NCBI GenBank assembly: GCA_963663545.1
Contig: OY760505.1
Location: 2,560,001 to 2,624,000, forward strand
Direction: 5' to 3'
Length of the DNA stretch: 64,000 nucleotides
Source of the DNA: Candidatus Delongbacteria bacterium
GTDB lineage: Bacteria; CAIWAD01
Both the position numbers and the translations under genes were made by a program. Positions 37,501-48,100 of this stretch are shown in pieces. Every line of letters begins with the position of its first letter. Position 1 is the first letter of the stretch. The notes under the pieces were generated by a model that saw only the letters and a list, made by a program, of their open reading frames with translations, had not been told where the DNA came from and did no database searches.

Positions 37501-40500
37501 GCGTGAGTGTCAATGGTGAAAACCTGCCCGCAGTGTTTACCAACAATACTTTCAGCGGAAACGGCCAGGGCAACGGCATTCGCATTGTCGGAGGCACACT
37601 CTACGAGTCAATTTTCCTGCCTGCAGTCTATCCGTACGACATCGACGCGCAGGTGACGGTGCACGCCGACGCCACGCTTTCCCTGGAGCCGGGTTGCGTG
37701 GTCAAGTTCAACGATGGCGATTCGATGCTGGAAATCCAGGGCTCTTTGATGGCCGAGGGTACTGCCCAGGACAGCATCGTCTTCACCTATATCAATGATG
37801 ACGACTACGGGTTTGATCTTGATGGAACACAGAATACCAGTGGCAGCCCGGGCAACTGGGAGAATCTCTACTTCTACAACAGCGAGAGCAGCGTGATGCA
37901 ATACTGTGTAGTACGCTATGCGGGCAACTACTGCAGTCGCAACAGCGCCTACACGGGTATCTTCTGCAACAATTCTGCACTGACGCTGGCAAACAGCCGA
38001 ATTGAGCATATCTCGACTACAACAAACACGAGCTACAATCGTGGTGCGGTGCTGTCAAGTGGGAGTCGCGAGTTCGCCTTCCGCGATAGCGAAGTCTACG
38101 ATGTGCGTAGTGGTGAAAGTGTGCGTTGCCAGAGCACGGCCGTTACACTTGAGGGCCTCTGGGTTCATGAAGGCCAGAGCAATGGCCTTTATGTAAGCGG
38201 TGCCAACTGTGTGATACGTGATAATACTGTTGAGGACAACAGCGGTGTCGGCATCTATGTGCAGGGCGCAGGCTGTTGGATTGACAACAACCGTTCTTTC
38301 GACAATGGCAACTACGGCCTCTACATCACGGCTGTAGCACAGCAAGTAGAAGACAACGAGCTGAGTGGCAACTCTGTGTCACCGGGATACCGTGTGCCGC
38401 TGGCCAACGCAGCCGAAACCGCTGCCTTCAATCTGGAAGAAGGGCTACCTCTGCAGCAGATCTCTGTTGACGCTGGAACACTGACGGAGGACGCCATCTG
38501 GCGCGGCGGTGTCAGCTACTGGATTCAGGGCAATGTAACCGTGCAGAGTGGTGTCACACTCAGTTTGTCGCCGGGAACGGTGATCAAAGCCGGTGGTAAC
38601 ACGCAGATGATCGTCAGCGGAAATCTTGTCGCCGACGGCTCGTTGAGTGATCAAATCGTCTTCACCAGCTATCTGGATGACAACTACGGCGGTGATACAA
38701 ACGGCGACGGTGACAATACAACACCTGCAGTTGGCAACTGGCGAGGCCTGCGTTTCAATAACTGTGGATCCGAGACCGTTTTCCGCAATACGGTAGTGCG
38801 CTATGCTGGGGACGACAATTACAGCGCCATTGATTTGAACGACTGCAGTTTCGATATCGAGAATGCCATCATCGTCAACAACCGCTACATCGGCGTCTAC
38901 GCCAGCCAGACTACCGTGACACATCTGAGCGACTGCGATATCTACGGAAACGACAATCTGGGCGTCAGCGCTCATACTTCCATTTCGCAACCCGTTGATG
39001 CGCGCAACTGCTGGTGGGGTGATCCAAGCGGCCCGTCTCACAGTTCGAATCCGGCAGGTCTGGGAGAAGACATCAGCGACAACGTACTCTGGGATCCCGC
39101 CAAGAGCCAACCGCACGACAATCCCTGGTATACGTTGCAAGGACCGGACCCCAGCGGCATTTACAAGGATGCCGTGGTGCTGGACGTGGATCAGGATGAA
39201 CTTCCCGATCTGATTGCGGGCACATCGGGCAGCGGCCTGCGTCTTTTCGTGCGCAGCGGTTTTGAGACATGGAATGCGGGAGTGGCCATCACGGCCTCAG
39301 GTACCGTGCAGCGTATTCGCCTCCACGATTTTGATGATGATGGCATTGAGGATTTGCTCTGTGCCACAGACACCGGCATCCAGATTTGGCGTTGCAACGG
39401 TGACGGCACTTTTAGTGCACTCGAAGCACCTGCGACCACGTCGAGCTACAGCGACATTCGACTGGCCTGGATCAACGGAGATGCGTGGCCCGATATCGTC
39501 GGCATCAGCCGCACGGGCGTGCGCTACGAGATCTTCCTGGGGAGTCCCACTGGCGAGTGGACGGCTGCAGCAGCTCCAAGCTCGAGTAACACGCTGCGCT
39601 CTATCAGTGTGGGCAATATCAATGGTGATGCATGGCTGGATCTGGTCGCGACAACCGAAAACAACAACGGCATTGAGGTCTGGCTGGGACAGGAAGACGG
39701 CAGCTGGCAGCAGGGTGATCGACCCGTAAGCGTCGGTATGTATTACGGCATGGATCTGGGCGACATCAACGGCGATGGCTTAGCTGATATCGCAGCTGCG
39801 AGTCTGAACGCAGGTGGTCAGATCGAAGTGATGCTGAATGACTCCGGCAACGGTTGGATCACGAGTTCGGCACCAACCAGCAGTGGCCGTTACAACGATC
39901 TCGTGTTACAGGATATGAATGGTGATGGCTCGTTGGATCTGATTGCGGCCAGCCAGACGGCGGGCGTGCAGGCCTGGGCCGGTGCTGGTGGATTGACCTG
40001 GCGCTACTGGTATCACCCCAGCACGACTGGCGCTTACGAGCGCGTTTTTGCCGGAGACTTCACCCTGGACAATTCACCGGATATACTGGCTGCTGGCAAT
40101 GGCTTGGCCATGTGGGGCAACCGCAGTGTGATACTGCCAACCGGCGAGCTGACCTTCAGTCCGCAAATCGTGTCCTTCGGACAAGTGCTGCTGGGCGTCG
40201 AGATTCAGCGCCATGTGACACTTCACAACGCTACTGCTGATTCGGTCCGCAACATTTTGATGTACTCCAGTAGTGGTGAGTTCAGTCTGGAATTGCCCAC
40301 CGGCATGAGCAATCCCTTTGCGATGGCGCCGGGTGACTCGGTGGCAGCAAGCGTCACCTATTTGCCGGTTGAGGCGGGACAGCAAAACGAGGCCGTTATC
40401 GTACGAACCGCACTGGAAGTGCTCTATGTGCCGCTAACAGCTACTGGTGTGACACAGGGCATACCTGTTTGGGAAATGAGTCTGCAAGTGCAGAACGGTA

Positions 40501-42110
40501 GTGGAGGCGTTGATGGAACGACTACGCTTTCGTTCGGCGCTGGCCCTGGAGCAAGAGCTGGTCTAGATGTTCCCTATGCAGAGACCGAATTGCCACCGCT
40601 GCCTCCGCAGTCTGTGTTCGATGTACGCTGGCTGATCGATTCGAGCGAAGGATCATTGCGCGACTATCGCGATTCCGAAACGCAAGAGCACGTGTATCAC
40701 ATCAAAGTGCAACCTGGCAATGGTGGCTGGCCGGTCACCGTCAGCTGGGATCCGCTGCTTCTGCCCAACGGGTTCTTCACCATCAGCGATCCGCTGGGTG
40801 GAGTGCTGATTCCCGAGCAGGACATGGCTCTGAGCAGTTCGATTGAGCTACCGGAAGTCTACGGCCTTGACGAGCTGGTGATACATGTTACCCCATACTT
40901 CCCCTTCGGTTGGTCGCTGGCAGGTGGCTGGAACCTGATCGCACTGCCTGTAACACCAAATCAATCGCACGTGGACAGCCTTTTTGAGAATCACACTGCT
41001 GCATGGTTCTGGGACGATGGTTATCAAGCGCTCAACGCCAACTTGAGTGGAGGAGTCGGCTACTGGTTGGAAATGCCGACGACAGCAACGGTACAGACCG
41101 AAGGCTTGACCATCAACAGTGTTGAGCTGAGTCTGGATCAAGGATGGCATCTGGTTGGCGGCCCCGGATCTGTTGTAGACCTTTCTGCTGTGACACAGAA
41201 CCCGAGCAATAGCCTAAGTGCCATGTATGGATTCCAGGGGCAGTACACGGTCGAGAGCAGCTTCGAACCCGGGCATGCGTATTGGCTGAAGGCGGAACAG
41301 GCTTGTAACATTGTCATCGAGAGCGCTCTGCGCAGCGAGCAGAAGTCTTCGCGCTCACCAATCAAACGCCAACCTGCTGTAGTGGCTACTCGTGAAGAGC
41401 CGGAATTCCTGCTGCCTCTTAGCGTTTGCACCATGGACAACTTGTGCTTCGAGTTGGCCTTTGGCCAGGATCATGATGCCAGTGTGGACCTTGATCCAGA
41501 GTTAGACGAAGCCGAGTTGCCCCCCTTGCCACCTTCATCGGTATGTGACTTGCGTTGGCGTATCACCGCAGAAGCAGGCAGCTTGCGTGATCTCCGACCC
41601 CTCGGCGATCAGGAGTATGTCCTTGAAATCCAGCCGGGAACAAACTCGACTCTAGAATTCAGCTGGGATCCGGGTATGTTGATCGGCTACACTGCAGTGA
41701 TACACGATGCCTTGGACGCGGGGTGGATCGACATTGACATGTCCACAATGGATCATCTGAGTCTGGAGGGACAAGCGCTGGCCGCCGGTTCGATTCGTAT
41801 CACGCTTAGCAACACTACTGGTGTGGAGCAAAGTCTACCACTCACTTTTGCGCTGGGGCAGAATTACCCGAACCCCTTCAACGGTGTGACCGTGATACCC
41901 TACCAGTTGCCGCGTGACTCAGAGGTCAACCTGAGTGTGTACAACCTGTTGGGTGAGCGGGTGGAGGTGCTAGTCAGCGGACGGATGCCTGCCGGTTACC
42001 ACGAGTTCCAATGGCAGAGCGAGAATCGCGGATTGGCCTCCGGCATGTACATCGTTGTGATGCAAGCCGAAGAGTTCCGCGCAGTGCGCAAGGTGGCCTT
42101 GATCAAGTGA
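34587..42110 (+). CDS. Giant secreted protein: 5 beta-helix modules, FG-GAP/VCBS propeller, Ig-like domain, 2x 'ELPP.PP' domain, T9SS-like CTD
   Basis: Start ATG 34587, signal peptide MQRLCSVLALCLLLPLAVWA; repeated TL..EPG.V.KF...IVFTS..DD.YGGD...G.W; GD.NGDG..D repeats; QNYPNPFN...LASGMY. Confidence 0.88.
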   Translation: MQRLCSVLALCLLLPLAVWARLDVSGNITENTLWSPTDSVVVINGVVNVNAGVTLTIEPGTVVKFYNTGALLQVYGDLIAQGAPGDTIVFTSYHDDLYGGDTNANGDASQAAPGQWTQIVIRDGDAVDLSYCLIRYAGYRYNIDGGYHSCALRARYRRLNLSNSIIEQTYFHSGNYYGALYIDDGASLSMDHCSIVDNQYRGLFTDAVDSVLVHQCVLRNNGERNQTNATYCEFVDSFVEDNTRDNGYGVVCSGATLYAENTVFSGNGYGLYLQVTDVELNHCVIRYCATRGIELRSPTNLVMHDSRIDSCGPASWALNINGGTLEWESFVDNEIVDNEWWTLQVPLAQLNQLISTNLITGNGNNNALYVTGDTFPTGTTRLTNAFAYCFDGTFTVSQGDSLILDPGVLIKFHDNGDEIDVYGFIDAVGSEAEPIVLTSWTDDSYGGDFDGTPGTAGAFGNWRRMYIANVPSVRLEYCVFRFGGYSNRIMLQLHNSNLVMQHCQLDSAYCGDSNYGSLYASSSVQMDVEDCAFTGNQHTAILNLGSYCNMRRNRFVSNGRFGIDNRGSYVLVDSCSFESNASYGFYNTGSYNNVTRNTFSDNGNYAIYATGTDVAINTNTVEDNYRGVACYTTGDYRQFLGNSITGSEDWGIAVNGENLTDAFISNSITDNGYNNGVYINGGRLYESLFLPASRPYVIDDRLGIDGEATLSLEPGTVLKFRDGDARLDVFGTLLAEGTAQDSIIFTYYTDDAYGVDVDGTQNTSGSPGNWEQISFYTSTGSSMDYCRVRYAGNIAPCSGCGSGGYNAISLINSSLNLDHSIIEQTSTTSSSSYLRGAIYTNSNSVLDMRNSLVDGITGYVGILNYATEAIFENVEISNTASHGMLNYGSETSMNLLHAHNNGADGIYSNAAAVVITNCLSEDNGGWGFELHSADVVFTDNVSRTNTYGIHSQVTGDDRVLERNQLLDNSNWGVSVNGENLPAVFTNNTFSGNGQGNGIRIVGGTLYESIFLPAVYPYDIDAQVTVHADATLSLEPGCVVKFNDGDSMLEIQGSLMAEGTAQDSIVFTYINDDDYGFDLDGTQNTSGSPGNWENLYFYNSESSVMQYCVVRYAGNYCSRNSAYTGIFCNNSALTLANSRIEHISTTTNTSYNRGAVLSSGSREFAFRDSEVYDVRSGESVRCQSTAVTLEGLWVHEGQSNGLYVSGANCVIRDNTVEDNSGVGIYVQGAGCWIDNNRSFDNGNYGLYITAVAQQVEDNELSGNSVSPGYRVPLANAAETAAFNLEEGLPLQQISVDAGTLTEDAIWRGGVSYWIQGNVTVQSGVTLSLSPGTVIKAGGNTQMIVSGNLVADGSLSDQIVFTSYLDDNYGGDTNGDGDNTTPAVGNWRGLRFNNCGSETVFRNTVVRYAGDDNYSAIDLNDCSFDIENAIIVNNRYIGVYASQTTVTHLSDCDIYGNDNLGVSAHTSISQPVDARNCWWGDPSGPSHSSNPAGLGEDISDNVLWDPAKSQPHDNPWYTLQGPDPSGIYKDAVVLDVDQDELPDLIAGTSGSGLRLFVRSGFETWNAGVAITASGTVQRIRLHDFDDDGIEDLLCATDTGIQIWRCNGDGTFSALEAPATTSSYSDIRLAWINGDAWPDIVGISRTGVRYEIFLGSPTGEWTAAAAPSSSNTLRSISVGNINGDAWLDLVATTENNNGIEVWLGQEDGSWQQGDRPVSVGMYYGMDLGDINGDGLADIAAASLNAGGQIEVMLNDSGNGWITSSAPTSSGRYNDLVLQDMNGDGSLDLIAASQTAGVQAWAGAGGLTWRYWYHPSTTGAYERVFAGDFTLDNSPDILAAGNGLAMWGNRSVILPTGELTFSPQIVSFGQVLLGVEIQRHVTLHNATADSVRNILMYSSSGEFSLELPTGMSNPFAMAPGDSVAASVTYLPVEAGQQNEAVIVRTALEVLYVPLTATGVTQGIPVWEMSLQVQNGSGGVDGTTTLSFGAGPGARAGLDVPYAETELPPLPPQSVFDVRWLIDSSEGSLRDYRDSETQEHVYHIKVQPGNGGWPVTVSWDPLLLPNGFFTISDPLGGVLIPEQDMALSSSIELPEVYGLDELVIHVTPYFPFGWSLAGGWNLIALPVTPNQSHVDSLFENHTAAWFWDDGYQALNANLSGGVGYWLEMPTTATVQTEGLTINSVELSLDQGWHLVGGPGSVVDLSAVTQNPSNSLSAMYGFQGQYTVESSFEPGHAYWLKAEQACNIVIESALRSEQKSSRSPIKRQPAVVATREEPEFLLPLSVCTMDNLCFELAFGQDHDASVDLDPELDEAELPPLPPSSVCDLRWRITAEAGSLRDLRPLGDQEYVLEIQPGTNSTLEFSWDPGMLIGYTAVIHDALDAGWIDIDMSTMDHLSLEGQALAAGSIRITLSNTTGVEQSLPLTFALGQNYPNPFNGVTVIPYQLPRDSEVNLSVYNLLGERVEVLVSGRMPAGYHEFQWQSENRGLASGMYIVVMQAEEFRAVRKVALIK

Positions 42111-42120
42111 GGGACCCAAG

Positions 42121-45100
42121 ATGAGCACGCGCGTGATACTGCTGCTGACCCTCATGCTGGTTGGCAATGCGGTGGCAGATTCCTGGCGTTGCACACTTGG
42201 TGTGATACCGGGAGCAGGCGCAGAGCGCCAGATAGTGTTCGGCGTTGATCCGGCTGCGACAGACGGTCTGGATCCTGAGTTGGGAGAGCTGAACCTGCCT
42301 CCTTGGCCACCACAGGACGAGTTTGACGTACGCTTTCAGCGATCCGGGTTGGAGGGTTTATTGCTGGACTTGCGCGCAGATGACGCCACCAGCAAGACCT
42401 ACACGATTCGTTGGCAGGCGGGTGAGCAAGGGCTTCCTCTGACTCTGAATTGGGACAGGAGCTCCTTACCCGATGCTCGCATGCGACTTCGTGATCCATA
42501 CGGCGGTGCTGTCTTCAGCGAAGTTGATTTGTTTGAGCAAGATCATCTGGTGCTGAATAATCGTGCGCTGGATCGTGTCTTTCTGGTTGTATCACCGGGA
42601 TTGCAGAACACCGATCCACCACGTATCGAACTACCTGAATATCAGGCCGTTTACCAGGGCCAGCGTTTTGCGCCTGTTCATCTGGCTGAGAAGGTTCTGG
42701 ATCCGGACAACAATCCGGACGAGATCAGCTGGATGATCCTGCCCACACCTCCGCTATCGGTGACACAGACTGCGGGCATCGCGGCTGTAACCTATCCGGA
42801 AAGCTGGCTTGGTGAGGCCAATGTGCGCTTCATCGCGGCTGATCCAGAGCAGAATCGCGATACATTGGATTGTGTGTATCACGTATCTGCTGGAGGCGTT
42901 TCAGGATGGACACTTCCCTTGAGCATCTGCAGCCATTCCGGGCAGTCCAGCGTGTTACGTGCGGGTTTGCAGTCTTCCGCGTCTGACGAGCTGGATCTGG
43001 CGTTGGGTGAAGCCGAGCTGCCGCCGGTTCCGCCCAGTGGCGTGTTTGATGCGAGATTCTTGTTACCCGATGGAACGGCCACATTGACGGACTTCCGCCA
43101 GGCCTTGATGCAGGAGACGGTTTGGACCCTGCACATTCAAGCCGATACCGGCGGTTGGCCGATCGTGATACGCTGGTCTCAACCCCTGCCGCCGGGATCC
43201 TTCCTACTAGAGGATGGTCTAGGTGGAGTTGTGTTTGCTTCCTGCGACTTGGCGACCTGTGACAGCCTTTTGTTGCAGGAGTACGGCTTGGATCAGATTC
43301 AACTGCGCGTTCAGCCAGTGCTAGATGTAACACCGCCGACTGTACCCGGTGAGCTGCGCGTCATTCAAGCCTGGGCGGATTCGTGCAGACTAAGCTGGCT
43401 TCCCTCTTATGACGAGAATTTCCACTACTACGAAATCGTGGGGGCAGTAGGCTGGTTCGACAGTAATCCAACCTTTGTCTTTGATCACCATGACGCGGCC
43501 GAGTTAGCCACCATGAGTAGCTGCGAGGTGGTATTGCCCTGGGGCCTGGATCAGGATGCCTTCTTCCGTGCCCGTGCCTGGGATAGCTTCGGCAACGTCA
43601 GCGAAAAGAGCAACATCATTTCTGTGTCACACCCTCCGGATGTCTTCGAGTTGCTAAACCCGCCCAATCTGATGGACGTATCACGTCGCTTTCCTGGTGA
43701 AATGATCCCACTTCTATTTGAATGGGAGGCGACAGTAGATCCTGATGACGGTGATACGGTGAGCTACACATTTGAGTTGGCGCAGAGCCCTTCATTTGCA
43801 GGATCGCAGCGATTTGCACTTGGTGATGCCACGCAATACTCATGGAGCTCGCTGCCGCTTGAGGACGGCGACTGGTACTGGCGTGTTCATGCGCGTGACC
43901 CATACTTCAATACGCGGACCAGTGCGACAAGACGGTTTCAATACCTGCTGGACAGTACGTATATCTGCAAGATCAGCGCATTTACCCAGGACACTATCCT
44001 CCTTTCGGACACAGGCTATTCCTTTGGTCGAATTTGTGGTGATACGCAGGGGCTTGACTCCATTCTGGTGAAAGCCCATTCCTGGCAAACTCCTACAGGA
44101 ACACGAGCGGGTTCCAAGGTTGTGCCGCGCTGGTTTGAGGTGGAGGCCTGGCCCGAAACAGCCACGCCCGACTTCACCTTGGAGCTTTCGTATCTGCAGA
44201 GTGAGATGGAGACTTCCGGGATCGTCACAGAAATCAGCTTGATCCCGCACTTTCGTAGCGGCTTGTACTGGTATCCTGGTGAGGGCGGTGTTACACCCGT
44301 CGAGAACCTGGTCTGGCTGGCAACTCCTCTTGCCCACAAGCGCTGGAGCCTTGCCAGCAGCATTGAAGCGACGATCTCGCCCGGGTTCAATCTGCGCTTC
44401 GGCCAAGAGCCGCAGCTAACCACGGTCACTCCTTCTGAAAGGGACAGCTTGTGTGTCACCTTCAGCATCAGCAATACAGGACTAACCGGGTTGAGCAACA
44501 TTGCCTGGCGTGCCACAAGGACAAGCAACGCAGCACTCTGTGAGGGAACACTGACGGACTTCCTCGCCCCTGGTGCTACACAGCAGGTGCAGGTACTGCT
44601 TGACGCAAACCCGACGTCCGGTGAACAGTGCTGGCATTTTGAGCTGGACCCTGAGCAACGCATTATTGAGAGCAACGAAGAGGATAACAGCGCTGAGCTT
44701 TGTGTTACAGTGTTGACTCGCGCAGAACCCATGCTGGTTTCGATGATCCTGAGTGATACACTGTTGGCTCCGGGAGATCCCCTGGACGTGTCCTTGCTTA
44801 TTCGTAACACAGGTGAAGAGTCGTTGTCTGGAGTGGAGTACGCGCTTGAAGCTCTAGACAGCGAGGGGCACAGTTTCCTTGTAGCCTGTGGCGCATTCGA
44901 TATCAACGGAAGTTCGCAGCAAACTTTGCTCCTGAGCTATACTCCGGAAGGTGCGCCTGGTATGCACTACCTGACGGCGTCCCTTGATCCGCAGAATATT
45001 CTAAGCTGGGAAGACGCCGACAATAATACTGCCGCAGCAAGCCTTCGTACACGCCAGCCTGGATTGGCTATTAGTTGGAGCGCGCCCACGACTCTCGCGA

Positions 45101-48100
45101 TCGGTGAGATCGATAATTTCCGTGTGCGTGTGACAAACACTACTGAGATTCCACTGGGCGAAACGAGTCTGAGTCTAGGTCTGCCAGCGAATCTGGAGCT
45201 GGTGGGTAGCTCACCGGAAGCCACTTCTGAGAGCACGTGGAGCTATGCTCAAATGCTCGGTGGTGTTACAGAGACCGTCATTCTGCAACTGCGTGCTCCT
45301 GAAGGATTGGGGCTTGAAGGGCAGGTTGTATCCCTTCTTGCCGAGGGGCATGCTCTTAGTGCCGGAGAAAGCAATTCCCTTGCTGCCAGCTCCGAGCACG
45401 TAGTCGAGCTAGGCGAAGATACAAGGCCGCCGCTGCTTAGTTTGGACGTGAGCAATTCGCATTTGTCCGCGCTGGACGTTGTGCTCACCTTATCGGCAAA
45501 CGAAGCGCTCGCCACGTCTCCCAGGATTCTGTTGACACAGCTTGGTGATACATTGTACCTGCAGGAGATGACAGGGAACGCTGCTTCCTGGACGTCTACG
45601 ATGACTCCTGATCCTGACTGGGCGGCTGGCAACTGCCAGTTAAGTGTCTCTGCTCAGGATTTGCGGGGGAATTCAGCCAGCGTTGAGCGAACTCTGGTAG
45701 TGGATCACACGCCTCCGTATCTCGTGGGAAGTGTTCCTGTTTGGATCAATCATGATTCATTTCGCGTGACACTAACTCCAAACGAAGAGTTACGTGACAC
45801 ACCTGTGGTTGTCTTCAACACAGATACTGATACAATTGCAACAACCTTGCGGCGATCAGGCTCGAGCTGGCAGATTGACGCGCGGCTTCCCGAATCCTCT
45901 GTAGCCGAATGGGCTGTGCTACGTGTGAGTGCGGTTGACCTGGCCGGTAATTCTGGTGTACGTTGTGACACGCTGCGTACTGACTTTATCGCTCCAGAGC
46001 TAACACACAATCTACCCGGAGTGGTAGCGCCAGGTATGGTTGAAGTTCTGATTCAATGCAATGAAACACTTGCCGCAGCCCCCACCTTTACTGCCCACGA
46101 TGCGGCAGGACGTCTGCTTAGTCAGCAAGGGCCCTATGCGCTGGGCGGCAATTACAAAATCTTCCTGCTGATTCCAACGAACATCACCTCCGGCACCATT
46201 CAAGTGAACTGCTCCGGCAGCGATCTAGCAGGTAACACGGGTTCGTTTGCGCACCAGATCGCGTGTGACGTCAGTGGCCCCGAGCTGACTTTATCAGTGG
46301 ATCCCGAATGGCCGACGGGTGAATTTGTGTTACGAGTGCGCGCTAGTGAACCGCTGCAAGCCTCTCCAGAGCTGATCTTGACCAGCGCGCGCCCCGGATA
46401 CACCTTGCCAGCGCCGGAGGCGCAGTTCGTAGACGGTGCTTACGAGTACTGGTTCAGCGAAGGGAGTCTAGCCAAGGTGGAAGTGCTGGCCCGTGATACG
46501 CTGGGTCTTTGCGGCACAACAAAGCGTACCTGGCTGGATATCGCCATGCCAGCACAAGGTTTCCTCTTCAGCGACTTGCCTGATGGAAGTCAGGATGTCA
46601 CGGTGGAAGTACCTGTGCAGAACAACTGCGGTGTGCCCGTGCAGGAGGCGTGTCTGCTGGTCTTCAATGGATCAGCCGATACCACGCATTTTCTTGGTGA
46701 TACAGTGCGCGTGAGTATTCCTGCGTGGAGCACAGTCTATGCCGAAGTCAACTGGCCGCGTGAGCGCCAGGGGGACGATTACCGCCTGCTGGCCTGGTTG
46801 AACAAGGACGAGGAACTTCCGGAAACGAGTTATCTCAACAACCTGCGCACGTTCCAGCGCATGTTGCTGCAAACTCAGTCGCTGGCCAGTTCGTGGCAGC
46901 TTGGTGTGGACTCCGTTGCAATAGTCCAACTGTCGGTGTATTCCGGCATGAGCGGAAATGCCGCAACTCAAGACGAGTTTTTTGCCTGGGCTGATTTGCA
47001 AGACAGCAGTGGCGTGATACTCGCTGATAGTGTTCAGCTTGCAGCCGTGTCAGGACAGTGGTTCTTCCCTATGCCGATGGAGACAATACCTGCAGCCGGA
47101 AGTTATGACTGTGTGATACATGTGGATGATTATTCCGGACTTCCTGCGTTGAAGGATACTGTTGCATTGCGCGTGATTGATCCCATTGATCTGGTGGTCT
47201 ACACCGATACTCTGCAATACCATCGCGGAGAGGATGTGCAGATCCAAGGACGCCTGCTCTGTGCAGACACAAGCCTGGTACAGGGCGTCGCTGTATCACT
47301 GCGCATTTCGAGTTCCGGTGGAACACGCACGCTTTCGGCTACAACAGACGCTACAGGCAACTTCAGTGAAGTGTTTTCACCGTATTCTTCGGAAGCCGGT
47401 GACTACACCTTGCGTGCCTCGGCTACACCTGCCGGAGTGAGTCTGGTTCGTCAGACGTCCTTCAATATGTACGGGCTGCTGTTAGCGCCGAGTCAGGTCA
47501 GCGTGCGTTTGTCCCGAAACTCGGAGCAGAACGGCGAGATCATTCTGCGCAACATTGGAACACGCACAATTCATGGCCTGAGCTGCGCTCTGGGTGATAC
47601 TCTGCCAGCTGAGGGCCTCGAGCTTTTACTAGGAGCATGTCCCGATAGCTTGCGCGGTGGACAGGTGGCCCGCATTCCAGTGCAGGTGATCGCATCACCG
47701 GGTGATCCAGTTTCAGTGACGACGAACATTAGGATCGAAAGCGATGAAGAAGAGACTGAGAATGGCACGCTGACTATTACTGCAGAGGAGGCGAGACCTT
47801 CCATTCATGCCAGTGCGAGTAACACGGAAGTAGTCTTGATTCCAGGTCAGAGTGTGCTACGTCAGGTATACTTTGTCAACAGCGGCTTGCAGGCGGCGTT
47901 CTCTCCTGAAATTGAAACTCCGCAGATTTCCTTTCTGCAGGTGTTCGCTCCCAACGGCGTTCCTGCTGAGCTGGGCATAGGTGATACACTGCTGGTGAAC
48001 CTCCTCTTTGCACCGGACAGTCTAGCGGATGAAGGCCTGCACAGCGGCTATCTGCGCTTCAAATGTCAGAATCACGCTGCGGTAAGTAGTGGCGTCAGTG

